A stretch of DNA of 64,000 nucleotides from NCBI RefSeq assembly GCF_050739655.1, contig NZ_JBOIBY010000175.1:1666-65665 (forward strand). Reading direction: 5' to 3'. Numbering within the stretch: position 1 is the stretch's first letter; every line of letters starts with the position of its first letter. Positions 9,797 through 18,517 of the stretch are shown piece after piece. The notes below the pieces were generated by a model. That model saw only the letters and a program-made list of their open reading frames with translations. It did no database searches and had not been told where the DNA came from. The DNA comes from Pseudomonas sp. (GTDB taxonomy: Bacteria; Pseudomonadota; Gammaproteobacteria; Pseudomonadales; Pseudomonadaceae). The translations under genes were made by a program, and so were the position numbers.

Positions 9797-11290
9797 ATGC
9801 CGCTTCGCTCGCCACTGTATTCTCAACGTTCGTTGGTCCTCACGCTGGTTGCGTTGCTGGGCGCAGGCTTTCTCGCCACGTCTTTCCTCAGTTATTACGC
9901 CTCGCGGGCGTCGATCCGCGGCAACATCGTCAACACCGAACTGCCGCTGACATCCGACACCGTCTACTCGGAAATCCAGAAAGACCTTGTCAGACCGATC
10001 CTGATTTCCTCAATGATTTCTCGCGACACCTTCATGCGCGACTGGGTGGTCAACGGCGAAAAAGACCCCGACCAAATGACCCGTTACCTCAACGAGGTCA
10101 TGACCCACTACGGCGCCTACACGGCGTTTTTCGTCTCCGACGCCAGCCTGACCTATTACCACGCCAAGGGCGTGCTCAAGCAGGTCAAGGCCACCGAACC
10201 GCGCGACGTCTGGTACTTTCGCGTGCGCGACATGAAGGATCCCTACGAGATCAACGTCGACCCGGATCTGGCCAACAAGGACAACCTGACCGTCTTCATC
10301 AACTACAAGGTCTACGACTACAACAATCGCTTCATCGGTGCCGCGGGTGTCGGTTTGACGGTTGATGCGGTGATCAAGTTGATCGACAAATACCAGCAGC
10401 ACTACCAACGCAGCGTGTACTTCGTCGACACGTTCGGGCGCCTGGTGCTGACCGGTGCCGAGGGTGGCCCGCAAGGCGCGCAGGCCGGGCAACAGCTCGG
10501 TGAACTCGATAGCATGAAAAACCTGGTCAGCCAGTTACCCAAGCCCCACAGCGGCAGCTTCGAATATTCCGGACAGGGCCAGGGGCATTTCCTCAACGTA
10601 CGCTTCATCCCGGAGCTGAACTGGTATCTGTTTGTCGACAAGCTCGAAGACGGCGACCTCAGTGACATTCGCCGCTCGCTGTACCTGAACCTGCTGATCT
10701 GCCTGGTCGTCACGTTGACCGTGCTGGCCCTGCTCAATCAAGTCATCAGACGTTATCAGGACAAGATTCAGGCCCAGGCCACCCTCGACAGCCTCACCGA
10801 ACTGCCGAACCGTCGAGGCTTCGACCTGTTGGCTGCACAAGCCATTCACGAAGCTCAACGCGAACCGAGTCCACTGACGGCGTTGCTGCTTGATCTGGAC
10901 CACTTCAAGGCCTTGAACGATACCTACGGTCACCTGGCAGGTGATCAGGTATTGATCGGTTTCGCTCGTGACCTACAAAGCTGCTTGCGTCACTCCGACA
11001 TCGTCTGCCGTTGGGGCGGTGAAGAATTCATCGTGCTGCTCAAGGACACCGACGGCGAGACCGGGTTGATGATCGCCGAGAAAATTCGTCAGCATGTGCA
11101 GGAGCAGCGTTATGCCTACAACGGCAGCAGCTTGCATGTGACCGTCAGCATCGGCCTGACCACCTTGAAAACCGACGACACCTTGCACAACCTGCTGTCG
11201 CGGGCCGATCATGCAATGTACCGGGCCAAGCAAAGTGGCCGTAACCGTACCTGCGCGGAAATGCCTCACTCCAACTATGAACCCGCCTGA
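9797..11290 (+). CDS. Membrane sensor (Cache-like) diguanylate cyclase
   Basis: Two TM helices flanking a periplasmic domain; DSLTELPNRR, DLDHFKALND, I-site RHSD, active site GGEEF. Confidence 0.92.
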   Translation: MPLRSPLYSQRSLVLTLVALLGAGFLATSFLSYYASRASIRGNIVNTELPLTSDTVYSEIQKDLVRPILISSMISRDTFMRDWVVNGEKDPDQMTRYLNEVMTHYGAYTAFFVSDASLTYYHAKGVLKQVKATEPRDVWYFRVRDMKDPYEINVDPDLANKDNLTVFINYKVYDYNNRFIGAAGVGLTVDAVIKLIDKYQQHYQRSVYFVDTFGRLVLTGAEGGPQGAQAGQQLGELDSMKNLVSQLPKPHSGSFEYSGQGQGHFLNVRFIPELNWYLFVDKLEDGDLSDIRRSLYLNLLICLVVTLTVLALLNQVIRRYQDKIQAQATLDSLTELPNRRGFDLLAAQAIHEAQREPSPLTALLLDLDHFKALNDTYGHLAGDQVLIGFARDLQSCLRHSDIVCRWGGEEFIVLLKDTDGETGLMIAEKIRQHVQEQRYAYNGSSLHVTVSIGLTTLKTDDTLHNLLSRADHAMYRAKQSGRNRTCAEMPHSNYEPA

Positions 11291-11495
11291 CCTCTGCCCC
11301 GCCTGCGGTGCCCGCAACGACTGCACCCTGGCCGACCCGCGAACCGCCGCTCAAACGTGCTGGTGCTACGGCGTCACCATCGACCCTGCGGTGCTCCAGG
11401 CGCTGCCGGCGCAACTGCGCAACGCCTCTTGCCTGTGCCCGCGCTGCGCCGAAGTCGAAGCGCAGTTGCAAGCGGCGGCCCGGCTGATCGAGTAA
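11277..11495 (+). CDS. Cysteine-rich CWC family protein
   Basis: CPACG..NDC, CWC, CLCPRC pattern. Confidence 0.8.
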   Translation: MNPPDLCPACGARNDCTLADPRTAAQTCWCYGVTIDPAVLQALPAQLRNASCLCPRCAEVEAQLQAAARLIE

Positions 11496-11528
11496 GATGC
11501 GCGCCCCTTTTATCCCCGACTTTTAAAC

Positions 11529-12221
11529 ATGCGCGTCGACCGTTTCCTCAGCAACCTGCCGTGCTTCAACCGTAAGCAAGTACGCCTGCTGCTGGTTGAA
11601 AAACGCGTGCGTGTCGACGGAAAAGTCGTCAGCGACCCACACAGCGAAGTCCGCGAGTTCAGCCGTATCGAAGTCGACAACGAAGTGCTGCAAACCGGCA
11701 AACCGTTGCGACACTTCATGCTTCACAAGCCCACCGGTTGTGTCAGTGCTACCCGCGACCCGCAGCACCCGACCGTGCTCGACCTGATCCATGAGACGGA
11801 CAAGAACGAGCTGCACATCGCCGGACGCCTGGACTTCAACACCACCGGCCTGATGCTGATCACCAACGACGGCAGTTGGTCACGACGCCTGACCCAGCCG
11901 CAGACCAAACTGCCCAAGGTCTATTACGTCGAAACCGAGCAGAACATTGGCCCCGAATACGCGACCACCTTCAGCGAAGGGCTGTACTTCGCCTTCGAAG
12001 ACCTGACCACCCAACCAGCCGGGCTAGAGCTGCTGGGGCCGAAGTCGGCACGGCTGAGCATCGTCGAAGGACGGTATCACCAGGTCAAGCGCATGTTCGG
12101 CCACTTCAATAACAAAGTCCTGCGCCTGCACCGCGAACGCATGGGTCCGCTGGTGCTCGACGATGAGTTGAAACCGGGCGAATACCGCCCTTTGAGCGAT
12201 GATGAGATCGGATTGATCTAA
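11529..12221 (+). CDS. RsuA-family pseudouridine synthase
   Basis: N-terminal S4-like MRVDRFL, HKPTG, catalytic GRLD, EGRYHQVKRM. Confidence 0.92.
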   Translation: MRVDRFLSNLPCFNRKQVRLLLVEKRVRVDGKVVSDPHSEVREFSRIEVDNEVLQTGKPLRHFMLHKPTGCVSATRDPQHPTVLDLIHETDKNELHIAGRLDFNTTGLMLITNDGSWSRRLTQPQTKLPKVYYVETEQNIGPEYATTFSEGLYFAFEDLTTQPAGLELLGPKSARLSIVEGRYHQVKRMFGHFNNKVLRLHRERMGPLVLDDELKPGEYRPLSDDEIGLI

Positions 12222-12536
12222 GCCCACGACCGCTCAGCAGAAGTTGTCGAACAATTTGGCAAAGACACTTGCGCAATGATGTGACCCCTGCTTGAATCAG
12301 GACGTCGGCCGAAATGTGACCGATGAGTCACAACATACTTCTAAGAAACTTTTTGCCGGTAAGGGACCCCTTGGGTTCCGGCCTCACCCGGCAAACTGCC
12401 CGCCAATAACAACACCCGTCGACCGGACTGCAATGGATCGACATGGGCCTCCAAAAATTCCAGGCATATGCCTACCTGTCACAAAGCTCGTGCAATCTCA
12501 TTTGCGCGCATACCCGCTTGCCAGGAGTCTTATGAC

Positions 12537-13421
12537 ATGAGGCCAGAAATCGCTGTGCTGGATATACAGGGTCAATATCGGGTTTACACGGAGTTCTATC
12601 GGGCAGGCGCCGCAGAGAAGACCATCATCCTGGTCAATGGCTCGATGTCCACGACTGCGTCGTTTGCTCAAACCGTTAAAAACCTCTATCCGCAGTTCAA
12701 CGTGGTCTGCTACGACCAGCCCTACGCGGGCCAGTCAAAAGCCCACAACCTGCATGAGAAAATGCTGACCAAGGAAATCGAAGGGCAGATCCTCCTGGAG
12801 CTGATCGACCACTTCGGCGCCGAACACGTGCTGTCGTTTTCCTGGGGTGGCGCCGCGACCCTGATGGCACTGTCGCAAAAGCCACGTCGCATCGAAAAAG
12901 CCGTGATCAGCTCGTTCTCACCGGTCATCAACGCGCACATGCTCGACTACCTCGAACGCGGCGTCGATTACCTTGGCAGCCGCGACGGTGACAGGGTCGG
13001 GCATCTGGTGAACGACACCATCGGCAAACACTTGCCGTCGTTGTTCAAGCGCTTCAACTACCGTCACGTCAGCTCCCTGGCCGAGCATGAGTACGGGCAG
13101 ATGCACTTCCACATCAACGACGTGCTGCACAGTGATCGCCAGTGCTACCTGAATGCGGCGAAGAAAATCGACGTGCCGGTGCTGTTCCTCAACGGCGAAT
13201 GGGACGAATACACCGCCGCCGACGACGCCCGACTGTTCGGCAACCACGTGCAACACAGCACGTTCAACACCATCCAGGCCACCGGCCACTTTCTCGACAT
13301 GGAACACAAAGCCGCCTGCCGAGACAGCCGCAATGCACTGATGGGGTTCCTGAAGCCGGCGCAACACGAAAGCCGACCGCGTTTCAACTACGTCCAGGAC
13401 CACCATGCATTGTCCATCTGA
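12537..13421 (+). CDS. phaG: PhaG 3-hydroxyacyl-ACP transacylase/thioesterase (RhlA-like alpha/beta hydrolase)
   Basis: N-terminus MRPEIAVLDIQGQYRVYTEFY matches Pseudomonas PhaG; SFSWGG nucleophile motif, GHFLD; RBS AGGAG. Confidence 0.88.
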   Translation: MRPEIAVLDIQGQYRVYTEFYRAGAAEKTIILVNGSMSTTASFAQTVKNLYPQFNVVCYDQPYAGQSKAHNLHEKMLTKEIEGQILLELIDHFGAEHVLSFSWGGAATLMALSQKPRRIEKAVISSFSPVINAHMLDYLERGVDYLGSRDGDRVGHLVNDTIGKHLPSLFKRFNYRHVSSLAEHEYGQMHFHINDVLHSDRQCYLNAAKKIDVPVLFLNGEWDEYTAADDARLFGNHVQHSTFNTIQATGHFLDMEHKAACRDSRNALMGFLKPAQHESRPRFNYVQDHHALSI

Positions 13422-13431
13422 AACAGCGTCA

Positions 13432-13483
13432 TCGCGAGCAAGCCCCGCCCTCCTAAACCCGTAGGAGCGAGGCTTGCCCGCGA
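13432..13483. repeat. Degenerate GTAG-type REP pair
   Basis: TCGCGAGCAAGCCCCGCCCTCCTA and GTAGGAGCGAGGCTTGCCCGCGA. Confidence 0.6.
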
Positions 13484-13588
13484 ACGACCGTCAGAGGGTC
13501 TTCGCTAGTGTCACCTGCGCTAAACCCATCTGGCGCAAAGAAAAACTTCATTTCCACACGCACATCTGGTACAAAGTCACCGCTCTGA

Positions 13589-13662
13589 GCGGGTGTCGTA
13601 TAATGGCATTACTCCAGCTTCCCAAGCTGATAACGAGGGTTCGATTCCCTTCACCCGCTCCA
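13589..13662 (+). tRNA. tRNA-Gly (anticodon CCC); prophage integration target
   Basis: GCGGGTG/CACCCGC acceptor stem, CAGC-TTCCCAA-GCTG anticodon arm, GGTTCGATTCC T-arm, encoded CCA; 74 nt. Confidence 0.97.
13616..13662 (+). repeat. attL core (3' 47 bp of tRNA-Gly)
   Basis: AGCTTCCCAAGCTGATAACGAGGGTTCGATTCCCTTCACCCGCTCCA, identical to 50650-50696. Confidence 0.95.
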
Positions 13663-13707
13663 CTATTTTCAAGGGCTCCAGACGTGCCAGTTTGAGCCCC
13701 AGCGTGT

Positions 13708-13730
13708 TTGGTGACAGTTCCGGTGACAGT
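13708..13730 (+). promoter_or_regulatory. Putative integrase arm-type binding sites (left)
   Basis: Tandem GGTGACAGT repeats (TTGGTGACAGTTCCGGTGACAGT), repeated at 50499-50522. Confidence 0.7.
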
Positions 13731-13804
13731 TTGCGTGTAAGCGGGCTGTTACAGGTGCGAGAACCTGCCGCCACCCTCCCCCTACGCCTATTCCTTTTTT
13801 ATGT

Positions 13805-14108
13805 TGACCCATGGGAAACCAGTATTTTTGGTAAGTTTTCCCCGGACCACTCTGAAAGCCTTAAAACACAAGGCTTCTAGGTTATTGAATTAGGTAAGTT
13901 TTAAGTAATATCTAGAAATAACATTACCTTTTACCAAGGTCAGAAATCGAAAATAAAATATCTATATAAAACATATAGTTATAGAAAAATTACTCCCCTC
14001 ATTACTCAAAAAAGCCAGTGCAAAGTAAGTGCTCAAAACCGCATCGCACGCGGGCCCCAGCTGATTCCTTACCTGCTCATACCTAAATTACTTGTTTCCC
14101 ATGGGTCA
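13805..14108. other. Putative phage replication origin: AT-rich core with RGTAA iterons inside a 31-bp inverted repeat
   Basis: IR 13805-13835 / 14078-14108 (27/31 match, outer 15 bp TGACCCATGGGAAAC perfect); many GGTAAG/AGTAA and TTACC/TTACT motifs; no credible ORF. Confidence 0.5.
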
Positions 14109-14274
14109 CCTGAGAAATGGGCCTTCGGATCGCGCTCACGGCCGCTCGCAAAACAAGGGGTGCGTGCAGGGTTCTGTAGGGTTTTCTCGACCCCTGTTCG
14201 CTCAGGAGAGGCCCAGCAGGCGCTGCTGGAGGATGGGTGCAGGTGTGCAGAAATTGAGACCGATTTAGCCCGCA

Positions 14275-14293
14275 GGCGTGGCGGGGGGATGAC
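14275..14293 (+). other. P2-type cos (cohesive end) site
   Basis: GGCGTGGCGGGGGGATGAC resembles the 19-nt P2/186/P4 cos (GGCG[AT]GGCGGGGAAAGCA[CT]); lies on the portal side of the genome. Confidence 0.7.
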
Positions 14294-14558
14294 GGCGCGC
14301 GCCAGGTGAAGCCCCACCCTGGCCGACCGGGCCCCGCCCCAAGACGGTGCGCGCCGCTCCTGCCCCGCCGGGTCTAGCCTTGACGACACCTTGGGCGTCA
14401 CGCCCCCCTTCGCCGCGCCCCAAGCCCCGCGTTTACTGGCCCGCAGGGTCGTGATCGATGGACGTGACAGTGGGTCAATGGTATGTTGAGCTGGGTTATT
14501 TTCGCCCGCAGGTCGACACATCTTCTTTGTGCCGGCACGAATACTTGTAAACAATTTG

Positions 14559-14587
14559 TTGACCAGTATTCGCTTGATCAGTAGATT
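14559..14587 (+). promoter_or_regulatory. Sigma70-like promoter of the C4/antirepressor operon
   Basis: TTGACC-N17-TAGATT. Confidence 0.55.
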
Positions 14588-14698
14588 GTGGGCGTCGCTG
14601 CCAATTCAGCGATCCGGTTTGGTCGCCGGGATAAATCAAGGCGCAACAGCGCCCCGTAACGATTGCAGGCGCTTTTTTTGTGTCTGCAACTTCATGTT

Positions 14699-14777
14699 AT
14701 GGCGGCTGTGCGTGGGAGGGCTTCGGCCCTGCCGGGTTCCTTGATCCCCGGTCGACCAACCTGCGTACAGCTGCCAC
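14699..14777 (+). ncRNA. C4 antisense RNA (P1 c4 / P4 CI-like)
   Basis: Outer stem GGCGGCTGTGCG/CGTACAGCTGCC, GGGC-TTCG-GCCC hairpin, CCGGG/CCCGG stem; single-stranded CCTTGAT and CGACCAA are complementary to target sites at 14616-14641 and 14787-14821. Confidence 0.8.
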
Positions 14778-14830
14778 CCCAATTGCTTGGTCGCGATCGG
14801 TGGCAGCTCCTAAATTCAAGGAGCTACACG

Positions 14831-14989
14831 ATGACCGCCCTCATTCCGTCCAAAATCCGCGCACTTGCCCATCGCCGCATGGCCCTTGCCGCGCTGCATG
14901 CTGACTCATCTCTCTCCAGTCGCCTCAGACGTTACAACCATCACATGCACCAGGTGCGCGTTCTGGAAACGCACGGCGGTGCCCAATGA
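14831..14989 (+). CDS. Small basic phage protein (icd/kil position of the C4 operon)
   Basis: AGGAG RBS at 14819; 52 aa MTALIPSKIRALAHRR; ATGA overlap with the next gene. Confidence 0.65.
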   Translation: MTALIPSKIRALAHRRMALAALHADSSLSSRLRRYNHHMHQVRVLETHGGAQ

Positions 14990-15192
14990 GAAGGCCCTAC
15001 GGTCTCACCGATGCCGATCTGTTTGATCTGGAACGGGTGCGGGATTCGCTTTCCCTAGTGCATGCGCTTGCCCAACAGGCCACCGAAGCGGGGTTGTACC
15101 ACCCGCAAATGCTGGCCGGCTTCCTGGACAAGATCTGCACTGATCTGGATAGCGTCATTCGCTCAGCCAACAGCACTCCACGTCGGATCTGA
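14986..15192 (+). CDS. Hypothetical phage protein
   Basis: 68 aa, translationally coupled to the upstream gene. Confidence 0.6.
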   Translation: MRRPYGLTDADLFDLERVRDSLSLVHALAQQATEAGLYHPQMLAGFLDKICTDLDSVIRSANSTPRRI

Positions 15193-15263
15193 TCCCAAAG
15201 GGGGGGGTGTGGTACGCCCCCCCCTTTCGTGACAACTCAAAACCTTAAATAGAGCCAATAACA

Positions 15264-16067
15264 ATGAAGACACCATCGCTTTTTGAGTTCGAAACGCAGC
15301 CGGTCCGGATCCTTGACGAACAGGACGGCGAAACCTGGTTTGTTGCTGCGGACGTGTGCAGGGTTTTAGAGATCGCTAACCCGCGCAATGCATATGCACG
15401 CTTGGAAGACGACGAGAAGGGGGTCCGCACTATGGACACCCTTGGCGGACAGCAGGAGATGATGATCGTAAACGAGGCTGGCCTATATAACTTGCTGTTC
15501 AGCAGTCGCAAGCCTCAAGCGAAGCGGTTCAAGCGCTGGGTCACCCATGACGTCCTCCCATCGCTGCGGAAAACCGGCAGCTACTCCCTGGGCGAGAAGC
15601 TCACGGTCAATCAGCAGATCAGCATGTCGAAGCATCGCCTCGGGCTTGTTAAGGAGTTGATGCGAACCCGTAATCGAACTGTGCGTGATTTGCTCGGCGT
15701 TGAAATCACTCAGTTGTCCACCGCAATGGGTCTGCCAATACCGGATCTGGACACCATCGGCAGTGTCGAGCCTCCTCAGGCCGACATCGTTGCCGACTTC
15801 TGGGCCGCGCTGCTGCAGCTGGACTCCAAGGGCATCGCGTACAACCACTCCAAGGATCCGCAACTGATCGGCCTGAACATGCCGCACCTGGGCGAACTGT
15901 TCGCCGCAAACGGTATCCAGACGGTGATCAGCACCGAGGTCACTACAGCGCTCAAGCGTTGTACCGAGCCTCAGTTCTTGGGGATGAAGGCGGTGGACAG
16001 CACCATTCGCAAAACCACGACGAAGTGCTGGGTATTCAGGAAGCCGGCGCAAATCCAAGCGCAGTGA
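15264..16067 (+). CDS. BRO-N domain phage antirepressor-like protein
   Basis: WFVAADVCRVL, VNEAGLY, SRKPQAKRFKRWVTHDVLPSLRKTG (BRO-N). Confidence 0.88.
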   Translation: MKTPSLFEFETQPVRILDEQDGETWFVAADVCRVLEIANPRNAYARLEDDEKGVRTMDTLGGQQEMMIVNEAGLYNLLFSSRKPQAKRFKRWVTHDVLPSLRKTGSYSLGEKLTVNQQISMSKHRLGLVKELMRTRNRTVRDLLGVEITQLSTAMGLPIPDLDTIGSVEPPQADIVADFWAALLQLDSKGIAYNHSKDPQLIGLNMPHLGELFAANGIQTVISTEVTTALKRCTEPQFLGMKAVDSTIRKTTTKCWVFRKPAQIQAQ

Positions 16068-16146
16068 CGAAAGCAGCCCTTACCGTCTAGGTAAGACGAC
16101 GGTAAGGGCGATAGCTTCTCTATCTTTTATAGGTGGGACACCGAAA

Positions 16147-16386
16147 ATGAGTGAGACACAAGAAACCAATGATCCAATAACCCTGACCATTGCCACCCCA
16201 GCAGGTGCTTATGAAAGCGAGTTTTTGACGCAGGCTGAAACGTCTGCACTCGCCCAATTCGTGAAGCGCGTCGGCTGGTTCGAATTCAACAGCCACGCGG
16301 CCAACGAAGATGAGGCCCACCTGGTCAAACAGGCCGTGGATAAGCTGCAGGATGTCCTATCGCGCTCCGGCTACGATCCGCAATAA
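16147..16386 (+). CDS. Hypothetical phage protein
   Basis: 79 aa, ALAQFVKRVGW motif of small proteobacterial phage proteins; AGGTGG RBS. Confidence 0.65.
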   Translation: MSETQETNDPITLTIATPAGAYESEFLTQAETSALAQFVKRVGWFEFNSHAANEDEAHLVKQAVDKLQDVLSRSGYDPQ

Positions 16387-16413
16387 CGCGCTCGGGTTCG
16401 GCGCAACGCTTAT

Positions 16414-16451
16414 AAAGGCTCCTACCTGCGGACAGGTTAGGGGCCTTTTTT
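16414..16451. terminator. Probable bidirectional intrinsic terminator
   Basis: AAAAGGCTCCTA...TAGGGGCCTTTTTT between convergent genes. Confidence 0.65.
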
Positions 16452-16722
16452 ATGGGAGAGGATCGTCATCATCAATGGCCGCAGGTAGGCGCCCGCGCTC
16501 CTCAGTCATTATCTGCTGGAGCAAATGTAGCGCCGTGAGGTTGCCCCCCAGGTGATGACGCCAGGACTGGTGGGTGCTCTTGTACAGATCATCGACCTTG
16601 GCGATAACGCGCCGGTAGCGCTCGACCTCGAGCACAAGCCGCCGGCACTCCGGATGGTTGCTCCAGATTTGGCGCAGTTCGGCCTGTGTGACAGGCCTGA
16701 ATGAGGGCAGATCGCGAGCCAT
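16450..16722 (-). CDS. Small helical phage protein under putative LexA control
   Basis: 90 aa MARDLPSFRPVT; SOS box 15 bp upstream of the ATG. Confidence 0.7.
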   Translation of the reverse strand: MARDLPSFRPVTQAELRQIWSNHPECRRLVLEVERYRRVIAKVDDLYKSTHQSWRHHLGGNLTALHLLQQIMTEERGRLPAAIDDDDPLP

Positions 16723-16737
16723 ATAAAACGACCAATA

Positions 16738-16753
16738 CTGTATAGTTGAACAG
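16738..16753. promoter_or_regulatory. LexA (SOS) box
   Basis: CTGTATAGTTGAACAG = CTG-N10-CAG with extended ATA/TAT palindromic flanks. Confidence 0.8.
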
Positions 16754-17176
16754 TATTTTTGCACGCAGATTGCGGTACGCATAGCGCCGCTGAGCGCTTC
16801 GAGAAAGCTGGATTTGGGCTGGCGCATGGTGCGGCTTACCGTGGGGGTAAGCAGCGGTTAGCAAAGTGCGTGCGTGATCTTCAAAAATAATTCATGCCTT
16901 TGAAGCGCCGAACGCTTCACCGTTGAGAAAAAACATTAGTACGTTGAAGGGCTTAGCGAAGTCGAAACTCGTTCGCCAGTGTTTTCCATCGCTGGTTCGC
17001 ACACATTTGTAATCCTGATTGGGTTGACATAGTTATTGATCGTGTTCAAATGTGTTTGTGCCACCACACAAAGCCGAATACTGAGCAGTACAGCGGAGCA
17101 AAGCCGCGTTCGGCGGATGAATCGTTAATAACGATCCTTCAAGCGCAGTGCTTACCACTGCAAGGAAAGATTCAAA

Positions 17177-17353
17177 ATGGCAATTAAAAGCGAAACCTTC
17201 AGCCGCGTTGAGCTGACTGATGAAGACGCTGCCCGCTTCGTGCAACACATGCGCGATGACAAACCCAATCCAAAAGCCCAGGCATCCTATGCCCGTGGCC
17301 GCGATATCCTGAGCCAGGTTTTCGGTCAGCAAGGTAGCGCGCGTCCTCGTTAG
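17177..17353 (+). CDS. 58-aa putative antitoxin (not in ORF track)
   Basis: AAGGA RBS; MAIKSETFSRVELTDEDAARFVQHMRDDKPNPKAQASYARGRDILSQVFGQQGSARPR; ends 14 bp before the GNAT gene. Confidence 0.65.
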   Translation: MAIKSETFSRVELTDEDAARFVQHMRDDKPNPKAQASYARGRDILSQVFGQQGSARPR

Positions 17354-17367
17354 TTCAGCGAGCTCCG

Positions 17368-17997
17368 ATGCAGGTAGGCGTCGATTACTTCATTGAAAAG
17401 CTGCACTCCGAACACCAAACCAGTCGATTCTCAATGGGCCCAGACGAAAGTCTGAGGCCCTTGAAGTCGTTCATTCAAAACAACGCCCTAGCCTTCCAGA
17501 CCAGCAACGTCGCCGTCACATACGCGGCAATTGTGCCTCCCGCTGATCCAAACGACCCGCAGGCAAAAAAGCGCATCATTGCCTATGTGACGCTCACCTG
17601 CAGCGAGATCGATCTCGACGGGGCGTACCCGCTGGAAGATTGCGAGGCCGCGAATCGATACCAATCGATATCGGCACTGAAAGTAGCCCGCTTAGCCACT
17701 CACAGGGACTACGCTGGACATCAAATCGGAAAGACTCTCATGGAGTTCGCCATCGCTCTGGCCGTACACCAGGTCGCGCAATTCGTGGGCTGTAGGTTTC
17801 TGGTCACCGATTCAAAGGCGAACTCTGTAGGGTTCTATCAAAACAAACTGGGATTCACGCTGTTGGACACCGAGGAAAATCGGAACCGTGAACACCCTGT
17901 GATGTTTTTGGACCTGAACAAGCTCGATCTGAACGCGCCGCCGGCAGACGTCCTGGACGAACCCGAGGGAAGTACTCAAGAGGCAGAACCTGCATAG
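17368..17997 (+). CDS. GNAT acetyltransferase, TacT/AtaT-like toxin family
   Basis: LKVARLATHRDYAGHQIG acetyl-CoA motif, LVTDSK..SVGFYQNKLGF. Confidence 0.8.
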   Translation: MQVGVDYFIEKLHSEHQTSRFSMGPDESLRPLKSFIQNNALAFQTSNVAVTYAAIVPPADPNDPQAKKRIIAYVTLTCSEIDLDGAYPLEDCEAANRYQSISALKVARLATHRDYAGHQIGKTLMEFAIALAVHQVAQFVGCRFLVTDSKANSVGFYQNKLGFTLLDTEENRNREHPVMFLDLNKLDLNAPPADVLDEPEGSTQEAEPA

Positions 17998-18012
17998 GTG
18001 GAGGAACGACGT

Positions 18013-18471
18013 ATGTCTATTTTCGGATTAAGCACCGCTGAAGGTGCGCTGATCGTCTCCGGGGCTGCGTTTGGCCTCTCCCTCTACACCCTCGCAAAAA
18101 ACAGAAATTCCGTCAGTGTTTACGTCGCCTGCGATCAGGATGGGGATTATTTGTGGCTGACCAATAACAGTCCCCATGCCGTTACCATCGTTGATATGGG
18201 GACTGTCAATGCTCGGTGGGGTCGGCGATCCCTACTTCGTGAGGATCCACTTAAAAGGCGGATTGATCCCAGGGATGTAACGGCCGTGTACTTACGACCT
18301 CAGATCGAGGGATACATGAATCGCAATGTGTATCTGCCGTTGGGGGCGTACATCGAAGTGGCTACGGGCCAAAGGTTCTACAGCCGGAGCCTGATCGCCC
18401 GCGTCTGGGGCCGCTTGCGAGCCTGGATGAAGATCAGTGCCAAACACGAGTCTTCGTCGCATCATCCTTGA
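18013..18471 (+). CDS. Hypothetical protein with N-terminal TM helix
   Basis: GAGGA RBS; hydrophobic ALIVSGAAFGLSLYTL; directly follows the GNAT gene. Confidence 0.6.
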   Translation: MSIFGLSTAEGALIVSGAAFGLSLYTLAKNRNSVSVYVACDQDGDYLWLTNNSPHAVTIVDMGTVNARWGRRSLLREDPLKRRIDPRDVTAVYLRPQIEGYMNRNVYLPLGAYIEVATGQRFYSRSLIARVWGRLRAWMKISAKHESSSHHP

Positions 18472-18517
18472 AATAGACCAGAAGGGCTTCGGTCTATCGC
18501 CGGAGCCCTAAATTTTT

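Noticed and set aside
16075..16110. CTTACC-GTCTA-GGTAAG hairpin resembling a type I-F repeat stem-loop (possible RNA anti-CRISPR)
   Set aside because: Lacks the GTTCA 5' and CTAAGAAA 3' flanks; better explained by the longer GCCCTTACCGTC/GACGGTAAGGGC hairpin right after the BRO gene stop
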